Assembly: GCA_043754515.1 (NCBI GenBank)
Contig: JAYUUO010000177.1
Location: 1-10,987, forward strand
Direction: 5' to 3'
DNA from: Armatimonadota bacterium
GTDB taxonomy: Bacteria; Armatimonadota; Armatimonadia; Armatimonadales; Armatimonadaceae
DNA length: 10,987 nucleotides
The position numbers and the translations under genes were made by a program. Below are positions 6,327-10,987 of the stretch, piece by piece (positions within the stretch are counted from its first letter, which is position 1; the number at the start of each line of letters is the position of its first letter). The notes under the pieces are model-generated. The model ran no database searches, was not told the origin of the DNA, and saw only the letters and a list, made by a program, of their open reading frames with translations.

Positions 6327-7333
6327 GAGTCCAGCATCGGGAGCATCGCCTCCGTCAGGGCGTGTGCCCGGTCGCGCCCCGCGAAGAACGCTTCCAAATC
6401 GTCGGCGAGGTACGAGACGATGCGCGCGACCGAACTTTCGATCCCCCCGGCGCGGTGCGGCGTCAGGTAAACGTTCGGTAGTGCCCGTAGCGGCGAGTCG
6501 GCGGGCAATGGCTCCCCGTCAAAAACGTCCAACGCGGCGTACAGTTCGCCGCGTTGTAGCCGCGACAGCAGGGCGGCGTTGTCAACCAGGGTGGCGCGGG
6601 CGACATTGACGAAGACGCACTTCGCGGGCAGAGCGGCGATGTGATCCGCCGTCAGCAGGTGCTTTGACCCGGCGTTGGTTGCCGCGCAAAGGACGAGAAC
6701 TTCGGCATCGGCGACCAGCTCGTTCAGCGAAACGTTCGCCGCCCCGAACCGTTCAGCAACCCCGTCCGGCAGGAACGGATCATGCACCTTCAGGTCAACC
6801 GCGAACGGAGCGAGCAACGCGGCGAGCCGCTGCCCGATGCCCCCGAAGCCGACGAGACGTACGCGCCGTCCGGTCAGTTCGCGCTCGTCGGGGTCAATGT
6901 CATCGGGGAAGCGGTTCACCCACGTTTCCGTGCCAGCACGCATCGCCATCTGATGCGTCGGGGCGCGGCGCAAGGTGGAGAGGATCAGCGTCAGTGCCAT
7001 TTCGGCGACGGCGGGCGAGAAGGCGCGGCGCGAGACGGAAACGGGAAGCCCCCGTTCGAGCAACAAGCGCGCCTCGTTCTGCGTGACGTCTAAGTGGGCG
7101 AAGAAGCGCAGATCGGGAAACGCGGCGAGCGTTTCCGCCGTCCACCGGGGCCACGACCACATCAGCACGGCGTCTTTGCCCCCGAGGTGCGGCGCGACTT
7201 CGGTGGCACTGTTCGCGGAGGCGTAGGAAACGGCGAACGATGTTTCGAGGCGACGAAAGATCGGCGCGAGGCGTGGCGCGGCGAAGAAGCCAGGGGGCAG
7301 GTTGACGAGGAGGCGGGGCGCGGTTGGTTGCAT
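6323..7333 (-). CDS. D-isomer-specific 2-hydroxyacid dehydrogenase family protein
   Basis: AVAEMAL, ELTGRRVRLVGFGGIG, HDPF, FVNVARATLVD, AALDVFDGEPLP, LTPHRAGG (Arg/Glu/His catalytic residues present). Substrate unknown. Confidence 0.92.
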   Translation of the reverse strand: MQPTAPRLLVNLPPGFFAAPRLAPIFRRLETSFAVSYASANSATEVAPHLGGKDAVLMWSWPRWTAETLAAFPDLRFFAHLDVTQNEARLLLERGLPVSVSRRAFSPAVAEMALTLILSTLRRAPTHQMAMRAGTETWVNRFPDDIDPDERELTGRRVRLVGFGGIGQRLAALLAPFAVDLKVHDPFLPDGVAERFGAANVSLNELVADAEVLVLCAATNAGSKHLLTADHIAALPAKCVFVNVARATLVDNAALLSRLQRGELYAALDVFDGEPLPADSPLRALPNVYLTPHRAGGIESSVARIVSYLADDLEAFFAGRDRAHALTEAMLPMLDS

Positions 7334-7353
7334 AAGTAGGGTCCGTTTCAGTT

Positions 7354-7743
7354 TTACCAGAGCTGGTTTAGTCCGTCATAGGCGTCGAACGCGGCGTCGG
7401 CGGATACGAGGGCGATGTCTTCCAAAAGGCTTTGCGCGATCATCATTCTATCGAAAGGGTCCCGGTGGTGGAGCGGCAACCGCCCGGCCCGGAACGCGTG
7501 TTCCTGCGTGACAGGCAGGATGTCCATCCGGTTCGTCCGCAACTGCGTCGGGACGAACGTTTCGATCGGCTCGGCGAGCGGAAGTTTCCCCAGCCCGTTC
7601 TTGATCGCCATCTCCCAGATCGTGGCGATGCTGACGAAGAGGACGCTGTCCGCGTCCTCCAACAGCACGTGCACCGAGCCACTCCGTCGCTTGTCGTTCG
7701 TGACGAACCCGAGAAAGGCGTGCGTGTCGAGGAGAAGTCTCAA
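7354..7743 (-). CDS. vapC: Type II toxin-antitoxin VapC family PIN-domain ribonuclease
   Basis: MRLLLDTH, SIATIWEMAIK..LGKL, LPLHHRDPFDRMMIAQ, LVSADAAF; acidic catalytic residues present; TTG start overlaps the antitoxin TGA. Confidence 0.93.
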   Translation of the reverse strand: MRLLLDTHAFLGFVTNDKRRSGSVHVLLEDADSVLFVSIATIWEMAIKNGLGKLPLAEPIETFVPTQLRTNRMDILPVTQEHAFRAGRLPLHHRDPFDRMMIAQSLLEDIALVSADAAFDAYDGLNQLW

Positions 7744-7973
7744 TACATGTACTCTTTGAAGTCCTCAAGCGGCTCGTCAAAATCGTCGGGAATAATGATA
7801 AGTCCTTTCGCACTACCAGCACGACGCGGTGTCTTCTCCCCCGACGGATCCGGGGCGTCGTCGGGCAACACCCGACGGAGCAGTAGCTCCGCATAGACTT
7901 GCGGCGTCAAGCCGTTCATACGGGCCTCGCTGACGAGGCGCGACTCAATCTCCGGCGATAGTACGAGTGTCAC
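7740..7973 (-). CDS. Cognate antitoxin (VapB-type; RHH-like N-terminus, DUF2281-like acidic C-terminal tail)
   Basis: Small gene directly upstream of and overlapping vapC; C-terminus RRAGSAKGLIIIPDDFDEPLEDFKEYM. Start set at GTG 7973 (purine-rich GGGGAAAGGG upstream) rather than 8006. Confidence 0.85.
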   Translation of the reverse strand: MTLVLSPEIESRLVSEARMNGLTPQVYAELLLRRVLPDDAPDPSGEKTPRRAGSAKGLIIIPDDFDEPLEDFKEYMY

Positions 7974-7994
7974 AATCGGTGCCCTTTCCCCTTC

Positions 7995-8017
7995 AGTATA
8001 CAGCACTCTACTGGAGT
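7995..8017 (-). promoter_or_regulatory. Putative TA promoter -10 (TATACT, 7995-8000) with adjacent imperfect inverted repeat (8005-8017), a candidate operator
   Basis: Minus strand ACTCCA-G-TAGAGT-gctg-TATACT-gaaggggaaaggg...GTG; type II TA loci commonly autorepress at promoter palindromes. Confidence 0.45.
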
Positions 8018-8439
8018 CACTCTGACGTCGGGTAGAACGCCGACCGGATCAGTTCACAGGCGTGATGCTCCTCGCCGCGCGAGACGGTGCGGCGCACGGC
8101 GATGATGTCGAAGCGTAGCGAGACACGGGCGTCGTCGTCAAGTAGCCCGTTTCGGAGGGAGTAAGCCATGGCGAGGCGGGAGATTTGCTGCTGCTTGGCG
8201 GCGGTGACGGCTTCGGCGGGCGATTCGTCTCGGACTCGCTCCGTCATCGTGCGGGTCTTAACCTCCACGAAGCAGAGAGTGTCGCCTTCCCACGCGACGA
8301 TGTCGAGCTCGCCGCCCAGCCCATCCCGCTTCGCGCCGAGCCGCACCTGCGTGTCCACGATCCGAAATCCTAGCGACTCCAGAAAGGCGGCGGCGGACAC
8401 CTCCCCTTCGTCGCCCATCGCTTTCCGGTTCACAGTCAC
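8017..8439 (-). CDS. yraN: YraN family protein (UPF0102, predicted PD-(D/E)xK endonuclease)
   Basis: G..GE..A..FL...G..I, GELDIVA, LCFVEVKTR, EAVTAAKQQQI, RFDIIAV, IRSAF. Confidence 0.92.
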   Translation of the reverse strand: MTVNRKAMGDEGEVSAAAFLESLGFRIVDTQVRLGAKRDGLGGELDIVAWEGDTLCFVEVKTRTMTERVRDESPAEAVTAAKQQQISRLAMAYSLRNGLLDDDARVSLRFDIIAVRRTVSRGEEHHACELIRSAFYPTSE

Positions 8440-8448
8440 GTGACGCGA

Positions 8449-10965
8449 TCAGCCCGCTTTTTCCAGTTCAGTGATGCACCCGGAGAGCACGGCCAGGAAG
8501 AACCGTCCGCCGCCAGGGGGAGGGTTGGAGCGTAGTGCCTTGAGTTCGGGGAGTAGATCTTTGTTACCAAGCAAGCTGATACCACGGGCGGCACCAATCG
8601 CGAGGATTATGTCGCCCTCCTTGAGCGCGGCGAGCAGGATCCGCTGGACGTCTTTATCGTCCCGCTTTGACACCCTACCGAGCGTCCCCAGCCCGATGGC
8701 GCGTAACTCGACCGGGTTTTTCGCCTGTATAAAGGTCGTGGCGAGCACGGTCGCCCGCACCGGATCGGACTTCGCGAGGAGCGGCATCGCGACGCCGCGT
8801 ATCTGCTCCCGGAGCGAGGGCATGTCGGCGGCGCGTGCGATCACGGCGGCGTTCGCCTTCGGGTCCCAGACGGCGAGGGCGCGGAGCGACGCCCCCACGA
8901 CCCGATATGGCTCGGTGTCGTTCACCAGCCCGCGCAGGAGGCGCGTGTCGTCTTCGGTCGCTGTCAGTGCGCCGAGGGCTTCCACCGCCTGGGCGCGGCG
9001 GTCGAAGTCGGGGTGCATCGTCTGATTCCGCCAGAACGGGCGCAGGTCTTCGCGTTTCAGCCCGCCGAGCGCGCCGACGTTACGAAACGCGGGGAACGCG
9101 CCGTTGTCGGTTCGGAGTATGGCGACCACGCTGCGCACCGTATCTTCGGTTGGCTTACTGCCGTTCAGCGTGAGTAGCCTGGTCAGCGCGTCTTGGCGGT
9201 CGGGGGCGCACGGCGCGTGCCGCGCGACGGTGAGAAGCTGTACCTCGGTCGTGTACGGCGGTTTGGGTATCTCGCGCAGGAAGTCGCCGTCCGCGTCCAT
9301 CAGTACCACGTCCGGAGCGGCAGTCGCCGGAATACGGAACGTGTTCTCCGCCGCGTCCAGCATCACCGGGACGCGCGTCAGCTTACCGTCCGCGACGACC
9401 CCGATTTTAGTGCCGACCTTGTAGACGGGCGTCCCATCCTTGGTATCTTGCGTCTGCTTCACCGAAACCACGATCTGTTTCGCCGCTCCATCGTACGAAT
9501 ACGACCAGTCGAGCACCGGGTGCCCCGGCTTGTAAACCCATTGGTCGAAGAACGGCTGAACATTGGTGCCGCTCGCCTCCGTCATCGCCTTGACGAGATC
9601 CTGCGTCTCGACCGGGTGGTAGCGGTTCACTGCCAGATAGCGGTGGATCCCGGCGAAGAACGCCTCGTCGCCGAGTTGGCGGCGGAGCGTGTGCAACACG
9701 GTGCCGCCCTTCGGGTACGTATGCCGGTCGAACATGACGTCCGGGTTGGCGTAGAAGTTCGTCGAGATCGGCCGTTTGTAGCGGCGCGATTCCTGAAGAT
9801 ACGAGCTTTGCGCGTCCGATAATTCATACTGGTACGCGCTCGCGCCCCGGCTATGCTCGAAGTACAGGAACTGGAAGAAGGTGGCGAAGGACTCATTGAG
9901 CCAGGCGTCGCCCCACGTCTTGCACGTCACGAGGTCGCCGAACCACTGGTGCGCCAGTTCGTGCGCGTTCAGACTCGCCATGTCGCGGAAACCGCTCCGC
10001 GCGTCCGTCAGACTCCGCTCGCCGAGCGTCGTGGACGACACGTTCTCCATCCCGCCCCCGAAGTCGTACACCGCGTTCTGCGCGTATTTCGGCCACGCGT
10101 ACTTGACGCCGGTAATTTTGCTATAGAATCCGAGCATGTCGGGTGTGTCGCCGAACGAATCGGTGATCAACGCCTTCTCGCCGCGCGGGACGACATAAAG
10201 GAGCGGCACGTCGGCCCATTGCGAGGTTTGCATATCGAACGGGCCGACCGCCAGCGCGATCAGGTAGGTCGCGTGCGGCTGTGTCATCCGCCACGTCACC
10301 GTGTGCGTCTTGCCGTCCTTCGCGGGTATGTCGCTGATCCGGACTCCGTTCCCGACCACGTTCCAGGCGGACGGAACCGTGGTCACCGTCTCGCTGGTCG
10401 CAAAGTCGTTCGGGTAGTCCCAGGTGACCATCCAGTCGCGGTTGGAATCGGACTCGCCTTGGGTCCAGAAGCCGACGCGGTTCGGGTTGGCGGCCGAGCC
10501 AGAGAGCCAGTGAATACCGCCCCCGTCCCCGAAACCACCGCCCTGCTTGTTGCCAGTTACGTACGCGACCTCCACGACAGCCGGCTTCCCAGCGGCGAGC
10601 ACCACGGGCGACTGCACGCGTACGAACTCATCGTCCACACGGAAGGTTGCTCGGACACCGTTCACACTGCACGACCGCACCGTGACACCCTTACCGTGGT
10701 GGAAGCGCAACTCTTGGAGACCGCCCCGAAGCGGGGCGAGCGTGTTACGCGTCCGCCCATAGAAAACACGATTCGCATAATCCACGCGGGTAACGACGTG
10801 TACGTTTTGCAGATCGTAATCACGATCCGGGGCGTATTGACGCTTAGCGGCAGGGGCGGCAAACGGGCTAGCGGACGGGGCATTCTCTTGGGCGTACGCA
10901 GCGACGGAAATACTGACAGCAGAGATCAGGGCAAGCCCCGAAAAAGCGAAGCGCGGTGAAAACAT
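8449..10965 (-). CDS. pepN: M1 family zinc aminopeptidase (aminopeptidase N-like) with signal peptide and C-terminal HEAT-like repeats
   Basis: WTQGE, GGMEN, HELAHQWFGDLVT...WLNESFA (HEXXH-X18-E; HELAH at 9949-9963), HTYPKG catalytic Tyr, FFDQWVYKPGHP; hydrophobic N-terminus ending AYA-Q; helical repeat C-terminus. Confidence 0.93.
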   Translation of the reverse strand: MFSPRFAFSGLALISAVSISVAAYAQENAPSASPFAAPAAKRQYAPDRDYDLQNVHVVTRVDYANRVFYGRTRNTLAPLRGGLQELRFHHGKGVTVRSCSVNGVRATFRVDDEFVRVQSPVVLAAGKPAVVEVAYVTGNKQGGGFGDGGGIHWLSGSAANPNRVGFWTQGESDSNRDWMVTWDYPNDFATSETVTTVPSAWNVVGNGVRISDIPAKDGKTHTVTWRMTQPHATYLIALAVGPFDMQTSQWADVPLLYVVPRGEKALITDSFGDTPDMLGFYSKITGVKYAWPKYAQNAVYDFGGGMENVSSTTLGERSLTDARSGFRDMASLNAHELAHQWFGDLVTCKTWGDAWLNESFATFFQFLYFEHSRGASAYQYELSDAQSSYLQESRRYKRPISTNFYANPDVMFDRHTYPKGGTVLHTLRRQLGDEAFFAGIHRYLAVNRYHPVETQDLVKAMTEASGTNVQPFFDQWVYKPGHPVLDWSYSYDGAAKQIVVSVKQTQDTKDGTPVYKVGTKIGVVADGKLTRVPVMLDAAENTFRIPATAAPDVVLMDADGDFLREIPKPPYTTEVQLLTVARHAPCAPDRQDALTRLLTLNGSKPTEDTVRSVVAILRTDNGAFPAFRNVGALGGLKREDLRPFWRNQTMHPDFDRRAQAVEALGALTATEDDTRLLRGLVNDTEPYRVVGASLRALAVWDPKANAAVIARAADMPSLREQIRGVAMPLLAKSDPVRATVLATTFIQAKNPVELRAIGLGTLGRVSKRDDKDVQRILLAALKEGDIILAIGAARGISLLGNKDLLPELKALRSNPPPGGGRFFLAVLSGCITELEKAG

Positions 10966-10972
10966 ACCGCGC

Positions 10973-10978
10973 AGTGTA
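10973..10978 (-). promoter_or_regulatory. Putative -10 box (TACACT) 7 nt before ATG 10965; likely leaderless
   Basis: Minus strand ggTACACT-gcgcggt-ATG, no SD. Confidence 0.55.
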
Positions 10979-10987
10979 CCGCGAACC

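Noticed and set aside
8435..8444. Perfect 10-bp palindrome GTCACGTGAC over the yraN start
   Set aside because: Several palindromes of this length are expected by chance in 11 kb; no other support.
9853..10959. 368-aa plus-strand ORF, and other long antisense or alternate-frame ORFs (e.g. 2960-3562, 3723-4364, 9193-9822, 1562-2272)
   Set aside because: Shadow ORFs of well-supported genes in high-GC DNA; no recognisable motifs.

Overview
GC-rich bacterial chromosomal window with no rRNA, tRNA, CRISPR or transposase detected. Left to right: (1) a zinc-independent MDR/quinone-oxidoreductase-like gene (-). (2) A divergent, translationally coupled four-gene biosynthetic operon (+): extended SDR/3beta-HSD-like reductase, metallo-beta-lactamase-fold hydrolase, F390-synthetase-like adenylate-forming enzyme and FabH/KAS III. 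It appears to be decaying: a large internal deletion in the SDR, an in-frame TAA in the adenylating enzyme, and a second deletion fusing that enzyme in frame to the C-terminal half of KAS III. (3) A perfect 29-bp-arm palindrome. (4) Two hypothetical genes (+). (5) A minus-strand run, in transcription order: secreted M1 aminopeptidase, YraN, antitoxin/VapC pair, D-2-hydroxyacid dehydrogenase, a low-GC, 3'-truncated orphan SMI1/KNR4 gene, and a PD-(D/E)xK (HsdR-N-like) pseudogene with three lesions. Three genes have a TAnnnT -10 box 6-7 nt before the start codon with no Shine-Dalgarno, suggesting leaderless mRNAs. The best candidate for an uncharacterised system is the OleABCD-analogous four-enzyme cluster, but this copy looks broken. 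All family calls come from motif recognition, not database searches.
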